A stretch of 64,000 bases of DNA from Hydrolagus affinis (taxonomy: Eukaryota), in the NCBI GenBank assembly GCA_012026655.1, contig JAAILG010001395.1, positions 1-64,000 of the forward strand, read 5' to 3'. Position numbers and translations under genes: made by a program. The notes under the pieces were generated by a model. That model saw only the letters and a program-made list of their open reading frames with translations. It did no database searches and was not told where the DNA came from. The stretch's first letter is position 1. Each line of letters opens with the position of its first letter. This document shows positions 14,701-64,000 of this stretch, piece by piece.

Positions 14701-16077
14701 TACACTGTATCCCACAAAAGGCAGGATCCATGTTTCACTTTGCCACAATATTTAATAAGACAGAGTTTATTTTCGTTGTGCTTTGTGGCGGTATTCCTGG
14801 AAATAGATACATTTTGAAACCTAACGAACGACAAGAAGAGAATAACATTTGTAGAGCGCCTCCAAGGCACCGAAAACAGTCAGGGGTCAGGACCCTCGAG
14901 CATGGGGGAGGAGGGGAGGGCAGGGTTGGGATGAGGGGAGGGCGGAGAGGTAGGACGGCGACTGAAGGCACGGTCAGAATTAAGTGCAGAGATGAAAGCT
15001 GTAACGACAAGCAAACTGGTCACTTCCTGTATTTCTGCAAACACACTCTGATCTTACACAACCGCTTCCTGACAAAACATCAAAACACTGCACACCTGGC
15101 GAATAATTTTCAAACACGATCTCTCAATTTTAACCAGATGAACGACAGTAAATCTTATCGCTGGATCCGCTCGGGGGATCCGTGCAATAGCAGGAGTCGG
15201 AAGCCTCCCCTCCCCCTGTGGGCATTCTCTCTCACTCCCTGCCTCTCTCTCCTGTGCGCTGCGACAGGCTCGAGAAGGCGGTGGTGGGTGGGGGGGGGAA
15301 GTAACTCATATTCCGAAAAGTCACATTACAAGCGAGTGTGTTGGTGGCCGCTCACTGAAACTGTCAAAAACACTGGTCTGAGAACTACCGTATTGTGGCT
15401 AATAATATAATATTCCTTGCATTTGGATGTGGCGCCTATTCACGTCTTCGAAACATCTCGAAACGCTTTGCAGGATGATGATGATAACAATAATAATAAT
15501 AATAATGATCCTCGCATTTTGATGTAGCGCTTTTCACGTCTTCCAGACCGTGTCTCGAATCGCTTCGCGGAATATACTGTCAAGTGAATTGACTGTACGT
15601 TTTGTGGGCGAAACACAGGCGGCCTCACCTCTTGTTTACCACCTCTCTGCTGCCTCACCTCTGACCACAGGAGTGAGGGAGAGAGAGAGAGAGACACACA
15701 TACACAAACAGTCGTGGACTGGGACAGCAGCAGCCTGCAGTACAGCGCTGACCCAGCTGTCAGCGGGACCTTGTTTACTTACTGATGAAGCGGATATCAT
15801 GGTGTCAGTTCAGTGCCCGCCCCGCCGGAGGCAGACACACACACACACACAGGGAGAGAGACACACACACACACACAGGGAGAGACACTCACTCACTCAC
15901 TCACACTCACACAGACAGACAGACAGGGATAAGTGTCCTCCTCACCTCCAGGGTGTAGTTCTGGCTGATGCTCTGGTAACTGGCCCAGGCCTCACACTTG
16001 GCGGCCTCGTCCATGTTCAGTTTCTGGCACAGCTCCTCGAACCTCTCCCGGCTCCTCACACAACCCTCACCCGTCAT
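418..16077 (-). CDS. RBL2: Retinoblastoma-like 2 (p130), coding exons 1-11; gene continues below window start
   Basis: 11 GT-AG phase-consistent exons splice to MTGEG...LNMDEAAK...LHWLACALYV...LERNFTVSAVIFKKYEPIF...RGRKQRRQPCTVSE...GNFPMISDDLVNSYHLLLC...LYYKVLEAVIEQE. ISDDL and RQPCTVSE match p130 rather than p107. CHD9-RBL2 adjacency is known vertebrate synteny. Confidence 0.96.
1095..1207 (-). CDS. RBL2: RBL2 exon 10
   Basis: SCSGDPTLPIANRIKQMGEVFCHHYTQSTKDHSGYSI. Confidence 0.9.
1345..1511 (-). CDS. RBL2: RBL2 exon 9 (start of pocket A domain)
   Basis: SKPLTLSTPLTGRRYMKESNPCVTPISSATQCVSRLHAMLMGLKNAPSERLLQIF. Confidence 0.95.
1881..2036 (-). mobile_element. SINE 3' half with L2-type tail
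   Basis: Matches body and tail of the full copy at 53221-53549. Confidence 0.85.
2768..2795. repeat. (TG)n microsatellite
   Basis: Direct reading. Confidence 0.95.
2992..3178 (-). CDS. RBL2: RBL2 exon 8
   Basis: KAINKAYEEYVLTVGNLDETIFLGDDADEEIG...QHNFQR. Confidence 0.95.
3600..3664 (-). CDS. RBL2: RBL2 exon 7
   Basis: ILKGKGEALTGFLDPGNFGDS; donor gtaagt. Confidence 0.92.
4167..4327 (-). CDS. RBL2: RBL2 exon 6
   Basis: LPEDFGNKDYKPPLEPPCIIDYLCSLHDGLELEAKGIKQHYWKPYIQKLFERK. Confidence 0.93.
5739..5867 (-). CDS. RBL2: RBL2 exon 5
   Basis: NFPMISDDLVNSYHLLLCVLDLVFGNALLCSNWRDLLNPTFK. Confidence 0.95.
6343..6455 (-). mobile_element. SINE 3' fragment
   Basis: tttgcatttgatatagcacc...gtgaattgactgtatattttgtgggc shared with other copies. 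Confidence 0.8.
10217..10426. mobile_element. Tigger/pogo-like MITE, short form (~210 bp)
   Basis: TIRs cagtaaaagcctgtttatctgg / ccggataaatgggcttttattg; TA on both flanks; near-identical copy at 63360-63572. Confidence 0.88.
10914..11085 (+). mobile_element. Internally deleted tRNA-SINE
   Basis: Head tcagtagttagagcg...gggttcg joined to tail gtgaaaagcgctatatcaaa. Confidence 0.85.
11604..11668 (-). CDS. RBL2: RBL2 exon 4
   Basis: RQPCTVSEVFNFCWVLFVQTK; donor gtaag. Confidence 0.93.
12841..13044 (-). CDS. RBL2: RBL2 exon 3
   Basis: LIAFFNKMQKWADMANLP...LERNFTVSAVIFKKYEPIF...RGRKQ. Confidence 0.95.
13085..13221 (+). mobile_element. CR1 LINE 3' end
   Basis: atgggccaaatggcctcc...attctatgattctatg 8-bp tail repeat typical of CR1. 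Confidence 0.8.
13845..13975 (-). CDS. RBL2: RBL2 exon 2
   Basis: GDDLHWLACALYVSCRKDVPSVGTGTVEGNFVSLTKILYCAEL; AG/GT flanks. Confidence 0.93.
14835..14975 (-). mobile_element. L2 LINE 3' fragment
   Basis: aataacatttgtagagcgcc...cagtcaggggtcagg resembles the L2 tails at 44479 and 54118. Confidence 0.6.
15405..15618 (-). mobile_element. Two tandem SINE tails
   Basis: Two consecutive ...ccttgcattt(g)gat(a/g)t(a/g)gcgc...cacgtctt units separated by (GAT)n(AAT)n. Confidence 0.8.
15833..15925. repeat. Compound (CA)n/(GA)n/(CACT)n/(GACA)n repeat next to the RBL2 exon 1 donor
   Basis: Direct reading. Confidence 0.9.
15946..16077 (-). CDS. RBL2: RBL2 coding exon 1
   Basis: Kozak gccgccgccatcATG; in-frame TGA upstream at 16105-16107; MTGEGCVRSRERFEELCQKLNMDEAAKCEAWASYQSISQNYTLE; donor gtgag. 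Confidence 0.92.
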
Positions 16078-16079
16078 GA

Positions 16080-16490
16080 TGGCGGCGGCCCTTCTCCCTA
16101 TCCCTCACCCTCCCGAGGCTGCAGAGGACTCTGCCTCCCCACTCACACTCCCCCCCCCACCTGGAGGCCGGTGCAGGCGGTACCCGGAGCCGAGGCTTGG
16201 CGTGATCAGCGGGGACAGGCCCAGGGCCGCCCGTTCTCAGGAGCCATTTAAAAACGTCGGAGTGACAGCTCCCGGCCCCCTCGCCACCCATTGGCTGCTG
16301 GGTCTCGGGTTCTGCCTCCTCCCGCCGCTATTGGTCAGCACCACCGCCAATCACACTCTACCACCAATCAGCGCCCTCTTTCCCCCACGTCACTCACTCT
16401 TCCACTAATCAACGCCCTCCGCCCCCCTACGTCAGTCACTCTTCCACCAATCAACGCCCTACGTCAGTCACTCTTCCACCAATCAGCTTC
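16080..16490 (-). promoter_or_regulatory. RBL2 GC-rich 5'UTR/promoter with multiple CCAAT boxes, CRE half-sites and a GC box
   Basis: CpG-rich. ATTGG at 16290 and 16330; CCAAT at 16347, 16364, 16447, 16479 (CTAAT variant at 16405); ACGTCA at 16387, 16429, 16461; CTCCGCCCCC at 16417. Confidence 0.8.
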
Positions 16491-16664
16491 CTCCTCCTGT
16501 AACAATGTAACACCCATGTGAGATATATAGTTATTCTATTGGTTTATTATATACTGTACAGTACAGTATATATCTCACATGTAATACAACTCTCGTTTCC
16601 TATAAATACAGAAAATTGTGACAGGCATCAGTAAAATAAATGTTTTAAACTTTGAACAACTTTT

Positions 16665-19600
16665 TTTATTCAATTTAAAAAAAAGTAAAACATTTTTTAC
16701 TCAAGTACTAACTAGCCAAAAGTCCAAAACTGTGTTTATATATTTAAGTGCTGAAAAACAGTTTTACTCTCATTTCAGATTGCTGCTTTTAGGACTTCTC
16801 ATAATGGCCTCCCCTGTGAAACGTCTACAATGATAAAATATAAGAGCCTAAGACCATCATCCAACATTCTAAATGTTTGTAGATTAAACATGGGATTTAG
16901 AATAAGAGTGCACAGACATACATCATGGGTAGTCAAAGAATAGGTTTAATAAAAATAATTAAACTTCCATTTGCTCTATAGAACTTCATAGAAAGTAATT
17001 CAATAAATTACAAATGACTTAAGACTCATTGTACTACAGAAAGCCAATTCAGACTACACAGAATACAACCTGCAAGTACTGCAATTGTCCAAAATAAAAC
17101 AGACTTTAATCACCAAGCTTCCGGCAACATAATTAAATACATGGTCAGAGCAGCTACCAAAGTTTGTCTTACATAACTACTAATACACATATTCAATTCA
17201 CCAAATCATCAGTGATCCTGTTAATGGCAGCATATATTAGTGTAATGTTTTGTGGTTTTAAACTAGCATTGACCAAAGTTGTATTGGTGGATTTCTTTAG
17301 TCACCAATTCTTATAGATCTTATATATATATCATTGTTGCCTCCTGTAGCTTTAGCTTCTTGGATTTTTTTTAAATATATCAGAAACAGGACCACCAAAA
17401 GTCATACTGTCTGAACACTATTAGTGTGAGACAGTGAAAATAAGGGAAAGGGTATATCAAATATAACTGGAGGCAAAAGGAAACAATGTGGCTTTTTACA
17501 TACATTTCTGAAAGTTCTGGCCTGTCGGCTCTCAGCAGTTTAATAGTGTGATGACACACACTTTATAAGTAGACCTCAGAGGACCCATTTATATACAGTA
17601 AAGTTTCATTTTGGGCAGAAGGGGCAATTCAGTATATAAAGAAACCAGCAAATATGAATTAGTTTAATGCTGACCAATTTCAGCAATACAGAATTTACAC
17701 TAAAAAATTCTTATTTCTCCTGCTTGCTCCTGAAAGCTGCAGTATCCTTTTTGGCTGGCACACATAAATTGAATCCCCTTCAAAAATCTAAATAGCATCC
17801 CACATCCACATATTCCAGCCTTCAAAACTACCACTAATTGCTTTCCTTGTGAATTTCAAACTAGTACTGTAGGAATTACTTACAAAAGTTGCAGTTGTCC
17901 TTAAGTCTTTAAAGTACATTCTTACATTCTGTCTAACTGCTTGAGGACGTACAATCTACCCAAGCGTCTAGCTTCTTTTTTTCAAAAAGGTAGAACTTCT
18001 CTATTTATACTCCCTCTCTGTTTAAGTGCACAATGACAATTTTTGTTAAGTGTATAGTCCTGCAATTCATACACCCTGGTTTCACCAGTGTAAACAATTA
18101 AATCTATTAATTGTTCACCTATCTGTGATGACCTGTATAGATCTACTCCAAAGGAACAAGCTTTCATTAAATGCTTTTTGTTCCGCAATCCACATATCCT
18201 CCTTAAAATATTTGCTCTTACTTAAGTGCACAAAGACGAAGGAAATTAGTTACACTCTTGGCAGGAGAACAATGTATAGAAAATAGAGGGCTTGGAGCAC
18301 TGGTCAATGAAGACAGGCAAAAAGGAATACTACAGCTTTAAAATGCCTGCATGTTAAACCTCTCTTTGTAAACCGTTGGCTTGTTTTTAATTAATACATT
18401 TTTAGCTGTGAAGTCAATATATACTCTCAATACTGCAAATGGCTTAGCAGCCTTTGCTTCTAGTGCTCATTTAATTGTGCGTGTAACACTGTCTGTCTTA
18501 CGATAGTTGAGCCCCAATTTTTGATACCTTTTTTCTAAATATCAGTGACTGCAAAGAGATACCTTGCCTTGTATAATATTATTGTAATAAACAGAATTCT
18601 ATCGGCAAATCTCACAAGTAAATGCATTTGCAATGCACTGACAATAGTGCTATATTCTATTTGTTCCATTGTTCTGGTGAATTTGTTATGTTAGGAGACT
18701 TTTTGTTCAAATGCTGTATTGAATAAATGAGGTAAAACTGCCTTTTTGGCATTGATTGGTGCACGGTGCTGGTGATGGTGGTAAATGGGGGAAATCATTT
18801 GATTGGCATTGAATGCTCCCAACCCCTTCGAAGTAGAGGTTGGCAATGGGATCTATGGTAAGATGATGAGACACATGCCAAACATTATTTCATTGCAGCA
18901 AAAAATAATTTACCTTCGCTACAGTGAGCTAATGTACTGCTATGCAATGAAAATAAACACTGAAAACTGTAGAATAAAAGTCATCATTTCCCTCTGTATC
19001 CATGCATTAGAGCAATGAGAGCTGTTCCTGGATTTATTTTTTGGCGGGGATGCAATCTGACATTCTTATATTCATAAATGGGTTAAGATAATGAAGTTTG
19101 AGATCAATGCACCCGTTATGGACACTATTAGCCACTGACTAGTTCCGAAACAGCAATTAATCATTCACATTGAAATGAATGACCAAGCAGAATATACTAA
19201 ACATCATGTTGGAGACAGACCCCACCTCCCTTTATTTAAAAAAAATCATTTGCAGAATGAGAAAGAACATATGCTCAGTGAAATCGCTCATTCCAATATT
19301 CCACGCAGATAATGCATTAAATGACATTTTCAAACTGCAAAAAGAAAAAAAAGCATTTATAGATGTCTATTTCTGTAATCCATCTAAACTAGTACAGCTG
19401 AGGTAATAAATAAATAGCCCACTTTACGGCTGATTGAAAAACGCTTTCTTTCTTCCAAATAACCTGAACCTTAAAAAAAACAACAATGCTTTACAAGACG
19501 ACCGCAATAAAATGTGAATTTCTGTTCTGGCTGTTGCCATGTTGTATTATCCAGATGCACAGTATATTCTACAGTTTCAATGACATTCATTAGCTGCCTG

Positions 19601-20028
19601 GGTTATTGCTTTGTCTCCTGCAGTTTGATCTGTGTACTGAAATGAGTGTCAAAGAGGTTGTGAATCTATATACAGTAAGTTAATACGATATGCATAAAGG
19701 TATTCTCATTTTTCCTAGTTCACACCAAATATATTAAATATACGTCTCTCCTGGTGCATTTTGTTTTAATTAAAATTAATCCCCTAAAAAAAAATTAACA
19801 AACTAGCACTGTGATGCTCCATTACGTGTTACGACCAGTAGCACACATGGGTCTGTCTTGCTAGCCTTCCAAAACAACTTTACATGCAAGGTACCATTGA
19901 ATACATCGTACCTTTAAATAGATACTGAAATTCCTTTCAGTCAATCACAAACAAATGGTTTTTTTTTAATCGTCACTGGGCTATTTACAATGAAACAATT
20001 CCAGTACAAGCTTAAATATAATTCAACA
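16665..20028 (-). other. CHD9: Probable long CHD9 3'UTR
   Basis: Follows stop at 20029. AT-rich, with no recognisable SINE/L2 tails unlike the introns. Candidate poly(A) signals on minus strand: ATTAAA ~16945-16950 and AATAAA ~16665-16670. True end unknown. Confidence 0.5.
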
Positions 20029-59754
<39,726 letters not shown>

Positions 59755-60852
59755 CTGAGAGGAAGGAGGCTGAAATCAAAACAGGGACAAATTACTCTCT
59801 TCTTTTTTTACAAAAACAGCATTGCAGTGCACAAATTCAGACACACTGATTCAAAGTTGATTCGAATTATTTAGGAAATGCGGAGTGGGAGAAAAAGAGA
59901 TGGGAAATGATGCAGCAAACACACAGTCCATTATAGCTTTCTCCTGTAACCAACAGCTTTGCCTTTTTTGCTCACAATCTTCCCTTTCCGCCTCTCCCCC
60001 CTCCCCCTTCCAACTTGCTTTCTACCACGAAAAATCTACCACTATTCTATACCCCAAGTGGGCCTGCAACTGCGTAGAGAAAGAAAATAAAACTGCAATG
60101 ACTGTGGTTGACACACAAGGATTGGGGAGGAGTTTTTGAAGGCCATCACACCCACCAAATGCAATATTATATACAATTTTGTTAAACAGTATAATTACAG
60201 GTTAGAGCCAAGCAGGTCTATTGATTTCAATGCTGGTAACCCCTTGCAATTTTATAGGACCTTTTATTCATAACCTTCCTATTTCCTCAGATTTCACAAT
60301 GAAGCTACTCTTTCTCTTCCCCCACCCCCAAACTCCATCACTGAATTGACCAGAATTGTGTGAGCGACTGAATTATCCATGATGATTACCAATGCTGTTC
60401 CATGACCAGAAGACAGGAGGCCCCTGCTACAGGACGAGAATGCTTTCTAGCTCTCTGTATACCAACCTTTCACTGAGCTAATAATTAGCGATACTTGACC
60501 ATTATTGGTGAATGTCACTGAAGGACAACAGAGGCCAGAATTCAGATAGAGGTCAACTGCGATGGAAAATTAATACTTGGGGATGGTGGGAGGTTGTCAG
60601 CCAGGTGTGGAAACACACAAGGAAACCCATCACCATGATTAACAACCAGCAAAACCTGAAGCCAACTTAAATACACTGGTTTTAGCAGCTAACTGCTCTC
60701 TGCCCACCTGGGCCAAAATCGAATCTATACAAGGCCAGTAAGTATAATGGCACAAATGTAATTAACAAAGATTATGGGAATTTTATGGGAATAAAATAGT
60801 ATTCTTTGCATATATGCGTGAGTGCCTGCATTCATCTGCCCCATACCCCTCA

Positions 60853-60854
<2 letters not shown>

Positions 60855-60885
<31 letters not shown>
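60855..60885. repeat. (CA)n microsatellite
   Basis: Direct reading. Confidence 0.95.
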
Positions 60886-60890
<5 letters not shown>

Positions 60891-63080
60891 CCTGCTTATT
60901 ATCTTTCCTGCAGTGGAAATTTTTTTTAAGCTGTACAGTAAACTAGTGTTAATTTAAAATAAATTCATCGGCAGTCACAATAAAACCATACAATTCATTT
61001 CCAAATGCATAATGCCTTTCGTAAATCTCGACCAACGATGTCTGCTGCTCAGGCGACACAAGTTAATGATTTTACTGTATACACAGATATAAACAGTGAA
61101 ACACGCCAGCATCTCTCAAACAACGCATTAATTAATCCCACAAACTCGCTTTAATTCTGACATCGATACTGTTTTGCTTGAAATCAGTTTCGGTGCATAG
61201 AATATTAACCCTTCGCTTTCACCATTTCAGCATCTAGCAGTGCATGCAGCCGCAGCAAAAATTCAATAGAATCATTGTTTTTATGCATTTCAAACTGTAA
61301 GTGTGCAGACTTCCAGCAAAGCAGGATTAGGACAAGCCTATTATTTTTTCATCCCCTAGTTATCGGTCTACAAGCAAGCACAAAGCAAAGGCCCCCCATC
61401 TTTCACAGATACCCAGTCAATCTGCCTTTATTACTGCACCAATTTTCAAATATTTTAAGTAAGTCTTGAATACACACTCATCCTTTTCAGCAATCTGAAC
61501 AGTTCCCAGTTTAACTACAGTAGGAAGCCACATCTTAGCATTACTGTGTTCTCACCCACAAAGGAGCCGCTGACTACAGCACAGTAAATTGCCACCAGGC
61601 ATTTCCAAAAAGATTTTCAGGCCAATGCCAGTGCACTCCACTAGATAATATTTCTGCACATGCTTCATCAGCCAAACAGCAGTGCTGCAGCACTGGTAGG
61701 CAGAGGCAATCAAACAGCTCCCCTGAAACATTGTGAGCAAATGCCACCTTTAGGCCTAAGCTAGCAAATATACGAGGCGGCTAAAGAAAGCAGCATCAGC
61801 TAAGATGGCGGTGCATTGCGACTCTGGCACCAGCCAGTAAAAAGGAAGGTTATGCAATCCCATTAGCCTTTAGTCTAAACCCCTCCTCCCACTTATTCAG
61901 GCTTTCACTTACCCTTCCTCTAGACTTCCTCACAGAAGCCATTTTGTCATTCAACAAAGGCTAGCCCCCTGCTTTTCCACCTCCGGTTTTGCTTGTGGGG
62001 AAAGCATTGAATGATAACTGCTAAATGGCCTATTTAGTGTTGCTGCACTGAAGATGCACGCAGCTCTTCCCGAAAAAAATCATGATTTATCAATTCATGT
62101 CCTCCCTGTGAATCAATATTGCCAAGTACATTATCCCATCACATCCAGGCAAGGGACTATTGCACACGATACTGTTTGCATATGAGAACCTCTGAATATC
62201 AAATTAAGAGAGGCTTGTAAATCTCGTCTCCTATAAGGCTAAGGAAAATTAATGCAACAAAGCATGAAAATGCATCAGCATGAATAGAAATGTTGTTTTG
62301 TCATTGAATAAAGCAAAGTCTCTGTTGATTTGGACCAGCAGATGGTGCTACCTAATGTTACTCAGTTAGACTGTGTATTTAACCCACCACCACCCACCTA
62401 CCCACCCACCAAAGGATTGCTTCGTATTTGTATCTTTCTTTTTATTGTAATGGCTACAATCCGTTTCCTCTTTTTTTAACAACAAATATGGAAACAATGG
62501 ATAAACAGAAAGAAAACCTAAGTTCCATTTTATTTTAAAGCAAAATGGGTTTGTTCTTCAAGCAAAAATAGCACAATCATTTTTCAATGCAAGCACGCAC
62601 ACAAAAATAGGAGAGATTTGTATTTGTATCACTCACTCCTTGACCTGAGTTTCAATTTTTTTAGTCCACTGAGATTGAACCAAAAGATTACTTCTTAGTG
62701 GACTAAATTTTTTTAAAACAAAATACATGACAAATGATTTGCTGTGGGGGGTGGGGGGAAGAGAAAACCTATAAGTGTTGATGCTGGTACAGTTATTACT
62801 GTTGTACCCATGGATGATGCACTCAACCTTTGAGCCTCATTTACCTCCTTTAGATGTTTATTCTCCTGCCAGCTTTCAGTGGCATGGTGATCCAGCCTAT
62901 CTGTACACGCACCAAGGCTGTCTGCAAATAATACGAGAAAACAAGGATACCGGAACGCCTGCTCGATTTTTGTTTGTCGTTAATTAATGTCAGTGTAGTG
63001 ACATAAAAAAAGAAAAAAGTTTCTGGTACTTTATAGTTCTTCATTGTGCAATGGTAAGACACAGACGATGACTTGTTTAT

Positions 63081-63355
63081 GGAGTCCTGCAGATTGTGGT
63101 CGGGGCACCCCGGGTTCGATTCCCTGGCGGGGTGAAACCTGAGGCAAGTTTACTAACTCCACATGCCAGATGTTTACTCCTCATGATTGCCTAGCAGTAA
63201 GTAGAAACCTGGTTGTTAGTCAATTGGCAGATCATAGTTCTGGTGGGTAGTTCTGGGGGGTAATAATCCCTTTAAAAAAGTAATATTCTGTGAAGCGCTT
63301 TGAGACGTCTCAATAATGTGATGGGTATTATATCAAATAGAAGGATTATTATTAT
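63081..63355 (+). mobile_element. tRNA-SINE with a different body
   Basis: Head ggagtcctgcag...gggttcgattccc; distinct internal segment; tail gcgctttgagacgtctcaat. Confidence 0.8.
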
Positions 63356-63359
63356 AATA

Positions 63360-63572
63360 CCGTAAAAGCCCATTTATCTGACCCGATCAACCGTAACTTC
63401 CATTCAACCGGCACCGCAAAAAAAGGTCCGCATTCGATTAACCAGAATTTATCTGGAAAAATGCATTCTAATTTTTTAAATTTTATTTTTGCATTTTCGG
63501 CCGAATATGTGGCGCGCGCTTTAACCAGCATTGGCCAGGTCCCGAGGGTGCCGGATAAACAAGCTTTTACAG
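63360..63572. mobile_element. Tigger/pogo-like MITE, short form
   Basis: TA|ccgtaaaagcccatttatctg ... ggataaacaagcttttacag|TA. Confidence 0.88.
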
Positions 63573-63764
63573 TATATGCACTGCAAACACACATTAATTC
63601 AAATTATGGTTTGTGGGCATTTTTAAGACAAATGTTTTGAAGCAATGGGAGAGGCAAAAAAAGAGAAGATGGGACAAAGAGAAACAAGATTAAAATTTAG
63701 AATAAGATATGGGTATTCTGCAGCAATCAAGCTTAATTTTCAGGTTAAAATAAACAGTAAGAAA

Positions 63765-63900
63765 TAATAAGTATATTTGCATTTGATATAGCGCTTCTCA
63801 CATCTTCCGAGCGTATCAAAGTGCTTCACAGAATATACTGTGAAGTGAATTGAGTGTAAATTGTGGGCGAATCACAGCAACCAATTGTGCACATCAGCGA
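63765..63900 (-). mobile_element. SINE 3' fragment
   Basis: tttgcatttgatatagcgc...cttcacagaatatactgtgaagtgaattga. Confidence 0.85.
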
Positions 63901-64000
63901 ATAAATTGAGTGACCAAATTATTATTATTTTATTGTCTATAAGTTTGTCATTGTGCAATGGTAAGACAGAGGTGATGACATCAACTTACAAACTGCTTTT

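Noticed and set aside
418-16077. Assignment as RBL1 (p107), or of the upstream gene as CHD6/7/8
   Set aside because: Diagnostic peptides (ISDDL, RQPCTVSE; [15 protein letters not shown]) and gene order favour RBL2 and CHD9.
14730-16408. Long plus-strand ORFs (226, 233, 136 aa)
   Set aside because: They run through repeats, microsatellites and the GC-rich antisense of RBL2 exon 1; no recognisable protein.
16350-16490. CRISPR-like repeat-spacer appearance of the promoter array
   Set aside because: Eukaryotic context, no cas genes, and no unique spacers of constant length; it is a degenerate minisatellite.

Overview
Vertebrate genomic DNA. The tRNA-SINE/L2/CR1 repeat content and compact introns suggest a cartilaginous fish such as a chimaera (inference). 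Two minus-strand multi-exon genes lie in tandem. CHD9 has 35 coding exons traced from 59754 down to the stop at 20029; its 5' exon(s) lie beyond 64000. RBL2/p130 has coding exons 1-11 from the ATG at 16077 down to 418 and continues below position 1. All traced junctions are GT-AG and phase-consistent. Introns carry many tRNA-derived SINEs with L2-type tails, L2 and CR1 3' fragments, and TA-flanked Tigger/pogo-like MITEs. I see no convincing wholly new biological system. The best leads are: an apparently lost, decayed first-BRK exon in CHD9; a very tight CHD9-3'/RBL2-promoter junction with a tandem CCAAT/CRE array and overlapping perfect palindromes; covarying 3' stem-loops that split the SINE/L2 tails into loop classes; and a short copy of exon sequence inside an intronic CR1 remnant. 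Comparisons with human proteins are from memory and need alignment; repeat boundaries are approximate.
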